A stretch of DNA of 56,509 nucleotides. It comes from an uncultured bacterium (GTDB taxonomy: Bacteria; Bacillota; Clostridia; Christensenellales; UBA1242). Below the pieces are notes generated by a model. It saw only the letters and a list, made by a program, of their open reading frames with translations. It made no database searches and was not told the origin of the DNA. The stretch is from NCBI GenBank assembly GCA_949474265.1, contig CASXBC010000005.1, positions 1 through 56,509 of the forward strand, written 5' to 3'. The translations under genes and the position numbers were made by a program. Positions 19,104 through 29,148 of this stretch are shown here, piece by piece; the first letter of the stretch is position 1, and every line of letters starts with the position of its first letter.

Positions 19104-20503
19104 TGAAAATCTCTTGTCAAACTGAAGATTTTGAAAAAGATATGCAAGATTTGGTTAATCTGTTTTATTCAGAGGCAGATGAAACTTTTTCATTGTCACA
19201 TAGTTTCAGTTTGACAGGCAATGATGTTGAAAGTGAAATCAAGGTTTGTGAGAGTGGTGAGAGCTTTTTTAAAGTGTTCTCAGTGCCAAAAGAGTTTGAT
19301 GAACTTAGAAAAAAAAGTTTTCTTAAACGCAGTTTTAAAAATCAGCTTTATGAGTTTTTAAACAAAAAAACAGGCAAGAGTTTGCCTTGGGGCTCACTTA
19401 CAGGTGTTAGACCAACAAAGTTTGCTCGTGACTTGGTCGAAAGAGGAGAAATGAAAGCTCACTTGATTTCGGAAACACTTGTCAGGGATTATTTTGTGTC
19501 AATGGAAAAAGCAAAACTGACTGTTCAAATTTTAAATAATCAAAAGTGTATTATCAAAAACGACAAGTTGGTTGACCTCTTTATAAACATTCCTATTTGT
19601 CCAACAAGATGCAATTATTGCTCATTTATTTCAAACGAGCTTTGGACTGTCAAAGATAAAGTTGAAACTTATCTTGAGTGTGTCTTTAAAGAGTTGGAAG
19701 CGGTCAAAAATTTGGTTGCAGAGAAGGCTTATGTTGTTAGGACAATCTACATTGGAGGAGGAACTCCCACGGTTCTTACCGCAGAACAACTTGAAAGGCT
19801 TTTGTCGAAAATTAATTATCCTGTTTCAGAGTTTACTGTGGAGTGTGGAAGAGCAGACACGATTACAAGAGAAAAGCTTGAAGTTTTGAAAAGGCATGGA
19901 GTAACACGCATTTCAATAAATCCTCAAACTTTCTGTGAAGCGACCTTAAAACGTATTGGAAGAAAGACAACAAACAAACAAGTTTTTGATGCTTATATGT
20001 TGGCAATGGAGTTTGACTTTGTGGTCAACATGGACCTTATTGCAGGGCTTTCGGAAGAACGACTTGGAATTTTTAAAAGGACACTCTCTACCACACTTGA
20101 ACTTTATCCGCACAACATCACTGTCCACACCCTGTCAGTGAAGAATGCTGCACAAATTCGGGGGCAGGAGATGAAATATCAAAGTGATGTGCCTAAGATG
20201 GTTAAGCATGCGGAGAAAACTTTGCTTGAAAATGGATATAAGCCATATTATCTTTACAGACAAAAACATCAGGTTGGAGGACTTGAGAATGTTGGCTATT
20301 GCAGAGATGAAAATGTGTGCATATTTAATGTTGACAGCATGGAGGACGTTTCGTCTGTGATTGCTGTGGGGGCAGGGGCGATTTCAAAGAGGGTGTTTAA
20401 TATTGAAAACCGAATTGAGCGACAACCAAACTGTAAATTTATTACGGATTACATTGAACGCATAGATGAAATGATAGAAAAAAAAGTTAAGTTTTTCAGT
20501 TGA
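19100..20503 (+). CDS. hemZ: Radical SAM protein HemZ
   Basis: LPWGSLTGVRPTK, CPTRCNYC, YIGGGTPT, PYYLYRQK, ENVGY; overlaps rel stop. Confidence 0.92.
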   Translation: MMKISCQTEDFEKDMQDLVNLFYSEADETFSLSHSFSLTGNDVESEIKVCESGESFFKVFSVPKEFDELRKKSFLKRSFKNQLYEFLNKKTGKSLPWGSLTGVRPTKFARDLVERGEMKAHLISETLVRDYFVSMEKAKLTVQILNNQKCIIKNDKLVDLFINIPICPTRCNYCSFISNELWTVKDKVETYLECVFKELEAVKNLVAEKAYVVRTIYIGGGTPTVLTAEQLERLLSKINYPVSEFTVECGRADTITREKLEVLKRHGVTRISINPQTFCEATLKRIGRKTTNKQVFDAYMLAMEFDFVVNMDLIAGLSEERLGIFKRTLSTTLELYPHNITVHTLSVKNAAQIRGQEMKYQSDVPKMVKHAEKTLLENGYKPYYLYRQKHQVGGLENVGYCRDENVCIFNVDSMEDVSSVIAVGAGAISKRVFNIENRIERQPNCKFITDYIERIDEMIEKKVKFFS

Positions 20504-20551
20504 TGCACATTATGCAATTTTGTGAAAACTTAACTTTTTATAAAAATCATA

Positions 20552-20791
20552 TTATTGTTGGCAAATGAGTTTTAGATAAAGCTCCTTTGCCTTTTCTTTT
20601 TCAAAATCCAAATCCATCAAAACATTGATTGCTGTGTCGGCTGAAACTGAAATAAAAAACTCGTCGCCGTCCTTCAAAAAAGAAGAAATTGTTGTGAAAA
20701 TAAGCATTTTTTTCTTATTTTCTTTAAATAACTCAAGTTTTTTATCACATCTTTTTTTGAGTTCGTTTATGATTTCTTGCTTATTTTGCAT
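20552..20791 (-). CDS. Small hypothetical protein (79 aa)
   Basis: SD AAGGAG inside the upstream gene; 11-nt overlap. Confidence 0.65.
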   Translation of the reverse strand: MQNKQEIINELKKRCDKKLELFKENKKKMLIFTTISSFLKDGDEFFISVSADTAINVLMDLDFEKEKAKELYLKLICQQ

Positions 20792-21851
20792 TTTTTACTC
20801 CTTGAATTGTGATGTAATTTGGAGATAATGATGTGGCTTTATTCATCATTGGGGAGCCGTTTCTTTTTAAAAAACTTTCGGAAATAACTTTAGCGTGCAT
20901 TGAATTTGTTTTGAATAAAAGCTCATCACGTGTGGTTTGTTTTATTGTTTTGTCTTTTAAAGATATTTCATAAATTTCCAGAGCATCAAAATTTTCTTCG
21001 CCTACATTATTTCTATAACCCTTTTCATTTACAAAAAAATATTCTTTCAATTCTCCATCTTCGTAAATGAATGTTGAGTCCACATATTTTGTATCATTTG
21101 AATATGTTTTATCAGAAAATAGGTTTTTATATGTTTCAGTGATAAAAGAAAGTGTTTCAAGAGAATAACTTGGAGCCTCTTGTATTGAAGCTAAAAACAA
21201 GTCACATTTTTCCCTAAAAGTTAAATTGTTGTATGTTTTTTCACTTGTTTTTAGGTTTTTATAAATTCTTTCTTTCATTTGTTTTTTAGCAATTTTTAAT
21301 TTTTCTTCCTCTAAGAGCTTGTAAAATTTTTCACTTTCCTCAGGGCTGTTTCCGCTGAACTGTTCTTTCCAACCTTGAAGCTGATGATAACCAAATTTTG
21401 CAAGACACAAATCCATGTCAAGTCCTTTTGATGCGTCTATTTCAAGTCTAACGCCATCAATGCAACATTCAATAGAGGTGTGTGAAGTGTAAAAATCATC
21501 ATATTTTATTTTTAAATTTTCACGAAAATCCTCTTCAGTAATCAGACCTCTGTCATAAAGAATATAACTATAAATTGCAGTGAAAACGAAGCAAACAACA
21601 TCTTTATTTTTTTCTCCGTCGACAGTTTCAACATAAGAGAGTTTTGACATTCTTTTTTTTGTTGGAGAGAAAGGAGAATTATATAAACTATCTTCAATAA
21701 AATATTCAATTGAATAGCAAAGTTTTTTGCATAGGCGAGTGTAGATATGTCGAGCTTCTTCAAGAGGAGTAGCATTTTCTGGAACTTCTGAAACTGCATA
21801 ATTATATAATTTTTCATTAACTTTGTATCTGTCAAACTCGACTTTTTCCAT
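20781..21851 (-). CDS. Hypothetical protein with transglutaminase-like Cys-His-Asp core
   Basis: VVCFVFTAIYSYILYDRGL...SHTSIECCIDGVRLEIDAS spacing typical of transglutaminase-like folds; SD GAGG. Confidence 0.6.
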   Translation of the reverse strand: MEKVEFDRYKVNEKLYNYAVSEVPENATPLEEARHIYTRLCKKLCYSIEYFIEDSLYNSPFSPTKKRMSKLSYVETVDGEKNKDVVCFVFTAIYSYILYDRGLITEEDFRENLKIKYDDFYTSHTSIECCIDGVRLEIDASKGLDMDLCLAKFGYHQLQGWKEQFSGNSPEESEKFYKLLEEEKLKIAKKQMKERIYKNLKTSEKTYNNLTFREKCDLFLASIQEAPSYSLETLSFITETYKNLFSDKTYSNDTKYVDSTFIYEDGELKEYFFVNEKGYRNNVGEENFDALEIYEISLKDKTIKQTTRDELLFKTNSMHAKVISESFLKRNGSPMMNKATSLSPNYITIQGVKNAK

Positions 21852-21974
21852 TTTTAAGTACCTCGATAAATTTCTGTTTTATTTTAGCATTTTTAGTCAC
21901 TATAGTCAATAGCAATTTTTCTTGTCGCTACTAAATATTTTGTAGAAAATGAGGGTTTATTTTTTGAGAAATGC

Positions 21975-22095
21975 TTTACATTCTGTTTGCAATATGCTAT
22001 ACTTACAAAGTCGATGAAACTTTTGCGAGGTTTTATGGAGACCTTTGACCTTTTGCTTCGCTTAAGCTAAAAAATAACAATGAAGGAGAAACAAA
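21975..22095 (+). promoter_or_regulatory. rpsO promoter and ~85-nt leader (possible S15 autoregulatory RNA)
   Basis: TTTACA-17-TATACT with extended TG; leader hairpin aggtttt-atg-gagacct. Confidence 0.5.
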
Positions 22096-22359
22096 ATGCA
22101 ATCTAAATCAGAAATTATTGCAAAATACAAACAATCTGAAAAAGATACCGGCTCTGTTCAAGTTCAAATCGCTCTTCTTACAGAGAGAATTAATCACTTG
22201 ACAGAACACTTGAAGGCTAATCACAACGACAACCATTCAAGACGTGGACTTTTGAAGATGGTTGGTAAGAGAAAAGGCTTCTTGCAATATCTTAAAGACC
22301 AAGATATTGAAGCTTATAGAAAACTCATTGCTGACCTTGGAATTAGAGAAATTAAATAA
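22096..22359 (+). CDS. rpsO: 30S ribosomal protein S15
   Basis: [23 protein letters not shown]...[15 protein letters not shown]. Confidence 0.99.
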   Translation: MQSKSEIIAKYKQSEKDTGSVQVQIALLTERINHLTEHLKANHNDNHSRRGLLKMVGKRKGFLQYLKDQDIEAYRKLIADLGIREIK

Positions 22360-22362
22360 ATG

Positions 22363-22391
22363 AAAGGGGAGCATTTTTTCGCTCCCTTTTT
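22363..22391 (+). terminator. Hairpin/terminator between rpsO and pnp
   Basis: aaaggggagc-attttttc-gctccctttt. Confidence 0.7.
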
Positions 22392-22415
22392 GTTTAAATT
22401 TTAAAAGGAGACTTT

Positions 22416-24569
22416 ATGGAACAAAAATTTACAATTAATATTGCTGGCAGAGATGTGATTTTTGAAACAGGAAAATACTGCATGCAATCAAATGGAACAT
22501 GTATGGTTAGAAGTGGTGACACAGTTGTTATGGTCAATGTAACAATGTCAAAAGCTCCAAAGCCAGGCATTGATTTCTTCCCTCTTTCTGTTGAATATCA
22601 AGAAAAAATGTATTCAGTAGGAAAAATCCCAGGAGGTTTTAAAAAGCGTGAAGGAAAGCCAAGTGACAAGGCTATTCTTGTTTCAAGACTTATTGACAGA
22701 CCACTTCGTCCGCTTTTTCCAAAAGGATTTTATCATGATGTTGTCGTTGTGGCAACAGCACTTTCAATTGACCCAGATGTAAATCCAGAACCACTTGCTA
22801 TGCTTGGCTCTTCATTTGCACTTTCAATTTCAGATATTCCTTTCCTTGGACCTACAGGTGCTGTGCAAGTTGGACTTGTTGATGGAAAGTTTGTCATCAA
22901 CCCTGACCAAGAACAAAGAGAGAAAAGTGAACTCAACCTTACTGTAAGCGGAACAGATGAAGCTGTGCTTATGATTGAAGGTGGAGCAAACGAAGTTCCT
23001 GAACAACAATTTCTTGATGCAATCATGTTTGCACATGAAGAAATCAAAAAAATATGCAAAGAACTTAAGAAAATCAAAGCTGAAATTGGTCAGCCTGTAA
23101 ATCCTAAAATCACATATTACACAATTCCAGAAGAATTGGACAGTGCTGTCAGAGCTTATGCTGACAAGAAATATGATTATGTGCTTGAAGAATTTGACAG
23201 ACATGAAAGAGAAAGAAGAGAAGAAGAGGCAAAAGCTGAAATTCTTGAACATTTTGCAGAAATTTTCCCTGAATCAGAAAAACAGATTTCTGATGTTTTG
23301 TACAAAGTTAAGAAAGAAAAAGTTAGAGCAAAGATTTTGAATGATGGCGTTCGTCCAGACGGAAGAAAGCTTGAGGAAATCAGACCTATTTGGTGTGAGG
23401 TTGGCATTTTGCCAAGAGTGCATGGAAGTGCTGTGTTTACAAGAGGTGAAACTCAAGTTTTGTCAGCTCTTACACTTGGAACTGTTTCTGATGTTCAAAA
23501 GCTCGAAGGTCTTGATGATGAAGATGTAAACAGATATGTTCATCACTACAACATGCCACCTTATGCAACAGGCGAGGCAATGATGATAAGAAGCACAGGA
23601 AGAAGAGAAATTGGACATGGTGCACTTGCTGAAAGAGCTCTTGAACCTGTTGTTCCAAAAGAAGATGTTTTCCCTTATGCTCTTAGAATTGTAAGTGAAG
23701 TGCTTTCTTCAAATGGTTCGTCTTCAATGGCAAGTGTTTGTGGCTCTACTCTTGCACTTATGGATGGCGGTGTGCCTATCAAAGCTCCTGTTTCAGGCAT
23801 CGCTATGGGACTTATTAAAGATGAAAACAGTAATAAAGTTGCTGTGCTTTCTGATATTCAAGGACTTGAGGACTTCCTTGGTGATATGGACTTTAAAGTT
23901 ACAGGAACAGCAAAGGGTGTTACTGCAATCCAAATGGATATTAAGATTAAAGGCATTGATAAGGCTATTTTGACAGAGGCACTTGAAAGAGCAAAAATTG
24001 GAAGAATGTATATTATGGATAAACTTCTTGCTTGCATCAGTGAGCCTAGAAAAGAACTTTCTCCTTATGCTCCAAAAATTATCACTTTCACAATTGACCC
24101 AGACAAAATCAAAGATGTTATTGGTTCTGGTGGAAAGGTTATCAACAAGATTATTGATGAAACAGGCGTTAAGATTGATATTGAAGATGACGGAACAGTA
24201 TTCATTGCTTCTTGTGATGCTGAAATGAATGAAAAAGCAAAGAAAATCATTCTTTCAATCACAGAAGATGTTGAAGTTGGTGATGTGTATGATGGTAAAG
24301 TTGTGCGTATCATGACATTCGGTGCCTTTGTTGACCTTGGTGGTGGAAAAGAAGGCATGATTCACATCTCAAAACTTTCAAATAAGAGAGTAGACAAAGT
24401 TGAAGATGTTGTGAAGATTGGTGACAGCGTTGAAGTTGAAGTCATCAAGATTGATGAGAAAGGCAGAGTTGACCTCAAGCGTATCATTCCTAAGGAAGAG
24501 CTTGAAGAATCTGAAAAGCCTGCAAAAGCAACAAAAACTGTAAAGTCTGAAAAAAAAGATGAAGAATAA
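22416..24569 (+). CDS. pnp: Polyribonucleotide nucleotidyltransferase
   Basis: DFFPLSV, RLIDRPLRPLF, RREIGHGALAERAL, GDMDFKV, KH and S1 domains. Confidence 0.99.
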   Translation: MEQKFTINIAGRDVIFETGKYCMQSNGTCMVRSGDTVVMVNVTMSKAPKPGIDFFPLSVEYQEKMYSVGKIPGGFKKREGKPSDKAILVSRLIDRPLRPLFPKGFYHDVVVVATALSIDPDVNPEPLAMLGSSFALSISDIPFLGPTGAVQVGLVDGKFVINPDQEQREKSELNLTVSGTDEAVLMIEGGANEVPEQQFLDAIMFAHEEIKKICKELKKIKAEIGQPVNPKITYYTIPEELDSAVRAYADKKYDYVLEEFDRHERERREEEAKAEILEHFAEIFPESEKQISDVLYKVKKEKVRAKILNDGVRPDGRKLEEIRPIWCEVGILPRVHGSAVFTRGETQVLSALTLGTVSDVQKLEGLDDEDVNRYVHHYNMPPYATGEAMMIRSTGRREIGHGALAERALEPVVPKEDVFPYALRIVSEVLSSNGSSSMASVCGSTLALMDGGVPIKAPVSGIAMGLIKDENSNKVAVLSDIQGLEDFLGDMDFKVTGTAKGVTAIQMDIKIKGIDKAILTEALERAKIGRMYIMDKLLACISEPRKELSPYAPKIITFTIDPDKIKDVIGSGGKVINKIIDETGVKIDIEDDGTVFIASCDAEMNEKAKKIILSITEDVEVGDVYDGKVVRIMTFGAFVDLGGGKEGMIHISKLSNKRVDKVEDVVKIGDSVEVEVIKIDEKGRVDLKRIIPKEELEESEKPAKATKTVKSEKKDEE

Positions 24570-24597
24570 GTATTTTGATTAATAACATTTAAAAATG

Positions 24598-24627
24598 AAA
24601 AAACTGCATCAGTGGTGCAGTTTTTTT
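24598..24627. terminator. Bidirectional terminator
   Basis: aaaaaactgcatca-g-tggtgcagttttttt. Confidence 0.8.
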
Positions 24628-24635
24628 ATTAGTAT

Positions 24636-25265
24636 TTAGTTTTTTTCAACAATAGTATTTTTGTGAATTATTGGTTGTTTAGATAAAAACTTGTTTGCAT
24701 ACATTTTGCCATCACAAGCATCAAACTCTTTTATGAAACCATTTTTCATATAGAAATTTTTTGTTCCGGTTTGAAACTTTCCATAAGGGGCATAGTGTGC
24801 ATACATCATATAGCGGTCATTTGCAATTGCAAATGCTTCCACAACTTTAAGCATTGCGGAGCCAAGACCAACTTTGAAATATTCCTCATTTTTTATTTCA
24901 ATGCTCTCTAAATAGCATTTGGCAAATTTGAGAGGAAAAAGTTTGTCTATGCCATGAGTTTTGAAAATGAGGATATTATTTTTTATGTTGTAATTTGGCA
25001 AATCCTTTTTCTTTAAAAACAATTCAGAGGTTTTGGGCGTTTTTTCAATCCCACCAAAATATTGTGCGTTTTTCAATATTTCATTTTCTGAAAGATGTCT
25101 TTGAAAAAGTCTTTCTATATCAAAATAGCAAACCGCAACAACATTTCTTTCCTCGCTATCACAGTCATAAGCCCTAACAATATAAGAAGTTGTGTCGTCA
25201 GACACAAACTCTAAAAAAGCATGTTTTCCACCAAAAAGTTCAATCCTTTTAAGTCCTTGTTCCAT
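24636..25265 (-). CDS. GNAT-fold acetyltransferase-like protein
   Basis: EYFKVGLGSAML (motif A) and NFYMKNGF (motif B); ATG 25265 lies 6 nt after TGcTATAAT. Confidence 0.65.
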   Translation of the reverse strand: MEQGLKRIELFGGKHAFLEFVSDDTTSYIVRAYDCDSEERNVVAVCYFDIERLFQRHLSENEILKNAQYFGGIEKTPKTSELFLKKKDLPNYNIKNNILIFKTHGIDKLFPLKFAKCYLESIEIKNEEYFKVGLGSAMLKVVEAFAIANDRYMMYAHYAPYGKFQTGTKNFYMKNGFIKEFDACDGKMYANKFLSKQPIIHKNTIVEKN

Positions 25266-25421
25266 AATTTTATTATAGCATGGCTTAACAGATTTTTCAA
25301 TACCATATTTTTGAGAAGAGACCATATCTCAATTTCTTTTTTATTCTTCGGTATCCTATTTTTGATATTATCAAGGTTATTAATTTGAATATTCAATAAA
25401 AAACAGGCATTATGCCTGTTT

Positions 25422-25706
25422 TTAATCTTTTCTATCTTGCATAAATTCATTTAAACCTTTTTCAAATTGAGTTTGGCTCATTGGGTCAAGATAAAACAAA
25501 AGTCCAAAAAGTTGACCGACATGCAATTTTTCTTCATTTACAATGTCAGTGAGAGTGTGTTTTACAAGCTCATTGTTTGAACTTTGAATATGTCTTTCAT
25601 ATTGTATGATTGCCTCAATTTCTCCCATTATGTCAGCTCTTGTGTTTTCTGCAAGTTGGTAGTTTGTTATGTTTTGGATGCCTTCACTTTGTGTAAATAT
25701 TTTCAT
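25422..25706 (-). CDS. Small ferritin-like protein (encapsulated-ferritin/rubrerythrin-like)
   Basis: GEIEAIIQYE...DIVNEEKLHVGQL...LDP di-iron ligand pattern; SD AAGGAG; terminator at 25399-25423. Confidence 0.8.
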   Translation of the reverse strand: MKIFTQSEGIQNITNYQLAENTRADIMGEIEAIIQYERHIQSSNNELVKHTLTDIVNEEKLHVGQLFGLLFYLDPMSQTQFEKGLNEFMQDRKD

Positions 25707-25831
25707 ATAATTCTCCTTCTTTTATTTTTATGAATATATACTAAAATTTGAAACAAATTTGGGCAATCATTTTTGTTTTTTGTGCAGGTTGTTGTATACT
25801 ATTTGTAGTAATACTTTTAATGAGGTGAAAG

Positions 25832-28198
25832 ATGCGTAAAGAAAATTATTCTTCAAAAAATTATTTCGAAAAATTGGATGCTTATTTTAGAGCAGCAAAC
25901 TATTTGTCAGTTGCTCAACTTTATCTTCTCAAAAATCCACTTATGAGAGAGCATGAGTTGTGTGCTGAAGATATTAAGCCTAAGCTTGTTGGTCATTGGG
26001 GTACTGTGCCTGGACAAAATTTTATTTATGCTCATTGCAATCGTATAATCAAAAAATATGACCTTGATTTGATTTTGCTTTCTGGTCCAGGGCATGGCGG
26101 AAACTTTTTTGTTGCAAACAGTTATTTGGAAGGCGCATACAGCGAAGTTTATCCAAAGATTTCACAGGACAAAGAGGGGATTACAAGGCTTTGCAAACAG
26201 TTTTCTTTCCCTGGCGGAATTGGGTCACATGTTGTGCCTGAGACTCCTGGCTCAATCAACGAAGGTGGTGAGCTTGGATACAGTCTTGCTCATGCTTATG
26301 GGGCAGTTTTTGACAATCCAAATTTGATAGCTGTTGTTGCCGTTGGTGATGGCGAAGCTGAAACAGGACCTCTTGCGACTTCTTGGCACAGCAACAAATT
26401 TGTCAATCCTCAAAAGGATGGCGTGGTGCTTCCTGTGTTGCATCTGAATGGTTTTAAGATTTCAAATCCGACAGTGCTTTCTCGTCTTTCAAATGATGAG
26501 CTTGAGAGTTTGTTTGAGGGATATGGATATAAGGTGCATTTTGTTGAAGGAAGTGACACAAGCCTCATGCACAAGCTCATGGCAAAAGAAATGGATAAGT
26601 GTATTGAAGAAATCAAATACATTCAACACCGTGCAAGAGTGCTTGGCAAGACAAACAGGGTTGATGATTGGCCAATGATTGTACTTCGCACTCCAAAAGG
26701 ATGGACAGGACCAAAGATGGTGGATGGAAAACAAATTGAGGGAACATTTAGAGCCCATCAAATTCCAATCACTATGGAAAAAAGTGAAAATTTGGCACTT
26801 TTGAAAGAATGGCTTGAAAGCTATAGACCAGAAGAGCTTTTTGATGAGAACTATCGTTTAAAAGAAGAAATTGCTGAAATTTTGCCTAAAGGTGACAGAA
26901 GAATATCGGCAAATCCTGTGACAAATGGTGGAAAACTTTTGAAAGAACTCAAAACTCCAAACTTGTCAAAGGTTGCTTTTAAATTTAAGGGCCATGGCAC
27001 TGCAAAGACGCAAGACATGCTTGAACTTGGTGGCTATATTAGAGAACTTTTTGTTATGAATGAAAATAATTCAAACTATCGAATATTTAGCCCTGACGAA
27101 GCAATGAGCAATCGACTTTATAAAGCATTTGAAGTGCAAAACAGAGCGTTTAATGCTGAGAGAGTTGACACTGATGAGAAACTCGCCATGGATGGTCGCA
27201 TCATGGACTCATTCTTGTCTGAACATATGTGCGAAGGTTGGCTTGAAGGCTATCTTATAACAGGTAGACATGGTATGTTTGATAGCTATGAGTCATTTAT
27301 TCGTGTTGTTGACAGCATGGTTGCTCAACATGCAAAGTGGCTTAAGACCTGCAAGGAGATTGAGTGGAGAGCTCCAATATCATCTCTAAACCTCATCCTC
27401 ACAAGTGATGTTTGGCAACAAGACCACAATGGTTACACTCATCAAGACCCAGGTTTCTTGGGGCATCTTGCTGATAAGAAAAATTATGTAACCAGACTTT
27501 TCCTGCCTGCAGATGCAAATAGTTTGATTGCATGCTTTGACAAATGTACCAAGAGCAAGGATTTTGTCAATGCTATTGTAGCTTCAAAGCATCCAACATA
27601 TCAATGGCTTTCAATGGAAGAAGCAAAGAAAAATGTTGAGGCAGGTGCAGAAGAATGGTTGTGGGCAGGCATGAACAACACTCGCAAGCCAGATGTTGTG
27701 CTTGCATGCAGTGGACATACTCCAACAGAAGAGGCACTTGCTGCAGTAACTATTCTTAAAAAGTATTTGCCAAAGCTTAATGTAAGATTTGTCAATGTTG
27801 TAGAACTTATGAAACTTTGCAAGGATAAAGAAAATCCTTTTGCTCTTTCTGATGCTGATTTTGACAAACTCTTCACAAAAGACAAGCCTGTTATTTTTGC
27901 TTTCCATGGTTATGCAGAGCTTATCAAGAGTTTGGTTTATGATAGACACAACAAAAATTTTGTTGTTGAAGGGTACAACGAAGAGGGGACAATTACAACG
28001 GCTTTTGATATGAGAGTTAGAAATCATATTGACAGATATCACCTTGTCTTGGATGTTCTTGAGCAAATTGATGTTTCAAAAGCAGAAAAAGCAAAAATTG
28101 TTAAGGAAATTAATGCAAAACTTGCAGTACATGAAAAATTTATTCAAGAGACAGGTCTCGACACTCCAGATTTTGTAAATTGGAATTGGAATAATTAA
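25832..28198 (+). CDS. xfp: Xylulose-5-P/fructose-6-P phosphoketolase
   Basis: GHWGTVPG, GPGHGG, EGGELGYSL, GDGEAETGPLA, LSEHMCEGWLEGY, QDHNGYTHQDPGF. Confidence 0.98.
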   Translation: MRKENYSSKNYFEKLDAYFRAANYLSVAQLYLLKNPLMREHELCAEDIKPKLVGHWGTVPGQNFIYAHCNRIIKKYDLDLILLSGPGHGGNFFVANSYLEGAYSEVYPKISQDKEGITRLCKQFSFPGGIGSHVVPETPGSINEGGELGYSLAHAYGAVFDNPNLIAVVAVGDGEAETGPLATSWHSNKFVNPQKDGVVLPVLHLNGFKISNPTVLSRLSNDELESLFEGYGYKVHFVEGSDTSLMHKLMAKEMDKCIEEIKYIQHRARVLGKTNRVDDWPMIVLRTPKGWTGPKMVDGKQIEGTFRAHQIPITMEKSENLALLKEWLESYRPEELFDENYRLKEEIAEILPKGDRRISANPVTNGGKLLKELKTPNLSKVAFKFKGHGTAKTQDMLELGGYIRELFVMNENNSNYRIFSPDEAMSNRLYKAFEVQNRAFNAERVDTDEKLAMDGRIMDSFLSEHMCEGWLEGYLITGRHGMFDSYESFIRVVDSMVAQHAKWLKTCKEIEWRAPISSLNLILTSDVWQQDHNGYTHQDPGFLGHLADKKNYVTRLFLPADANSLIACFDKCTKSKDFVNAIVASKHPTYQWLSMEEAKKNVEAGAEEWLWAGMNNTRKPDVVLACSGHTPTEEALAAVTILKKYLPKLNVRFVNVVELMKLCKDKENPFALSDADFDKLFTKDKPVIFAFHGYAELIKSLVYDRHNKNFVVEGYNEEGTITTAFDMRVRNHIDRYHLVLDVLEQIDVSKAEKAKIVKEINAKLAVHEKFIQETGLDTPDFVNWNWNN

Positions 28199-28202
28199 TA
28201 GT

Positions 28203-28237
28203 CAAAAAACACAATCAGATTTTGATTGTGTCTTTTG
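28203..28237 (+). terminator. Hairpin/terminator after xfp
   Basis: caaaaaacacaatca-gattt-tgattgtgtcttttg. Confidence 0.65.
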
Positions 28238-28260
28238 CCATTTTTAAGGAGAAAAATTTT

Positions 28261-29028
28261 ATGAAATGGTTTTTCGAAGAAGATAATACTGAAGGCGTAA
28301 TAACCGGTGCAGAGCATATTAAAAGTTCGCACAAACCTGTTGATAAGTTTGATTTGCCAAAGAATGCAATGATTTTTTGTCTTAGCAAATGGGATAAAGT
28401 GCTTCAAGAAAATTATAAGACAAAAGTACTTTTGGAAAAATTGCCACGCTTTTGCGGAACAAGTGTTGTTTATGGGATTGAAGGTGTTGAGGATTGGTGT
28501 TTTTTGCATGGCGGAGTTGGGGCTCCTGTCATGGCAGATACAGTTGAAACTCTGAGAGCTTTTGGTGTTGAAAAGTTGGTGTTGGTTGGGCTTGCTGGAG
28601 GTTTTGGCGAAGAGGTGGCTATTGGCGACATTATTTTGCCAAACAAAATTTTGAGTGAAGAAGGGACAAGCATACACTATGGCTTTGGAGATTGGACAAG
28701 GTTGAATTGTCTTGACAGTAAGCGTTTGTATGAGTGTTTGTCAAACAAATATAAGGTTTTTGAAAAGCCAACAGTGACAACTGATGCAGTTTACAGGCAG
28801 ACATTTTTCAAAGAAAAGCTTTGGAGAGAGCTTGGTTGTGTTGGGGTTGATATGGAGGCTTCTGCTTTTGTCAATCTTTGTAAATATTTTGACCTAGAGT
28901 ATTCTGTGGTGCTTAGAGTTTCGGACAAACATCCTCTGACACAAAACTCTCCAAAATGGGAATTTGGAGCAAAGCTTGATTATAGAAAAGAATTTTTGAC
29001 TTCAATCATCAATTTTTATATTACATAA
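28261..29028 (+). CDS. Nucleoside phosphorylase (PNP_UDP_1 family)
   Basis: GVGAP, GLAGG, EEGTSIHY, TTDAVYRQT, VDMEASA, VSD; SD AAGGAG before ATG 28261. Confidence 0.9.
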   Translation: MKWFFEEDNTEGVITGAEHIKSSHKPVDKFDLPKNAMIFCLSKWDKVLQENYKTKVLLEKLPRFCGTSVVYGIEGVEDWCFLHGGVGAPVMADTVETLRAFGVEKLVLVGLAGGFGEEVAIGDIILPNKILSEEGTSIHYGFGDWTRLNCLDSKRLYECLSNKYKVFEKPTVTTDAVYRQTFFKEKLWRELGCVGVDMEASAFVNLCKYFDLEYSVVLRVSDKHPLTQNSPKWEFGAKLDYRKEFLTSIINFYIT

Positions 29029-29148
29029 AAATCCTTTTATTAGCATTATTTTCAAGCGAGAAATATTGTAATGGATTTAATTATTTTGGAATTTTTGTCA
29101 TTTTGATATATACTATTTATAACAATTTCACAATTTGGGAGTTTAAAA

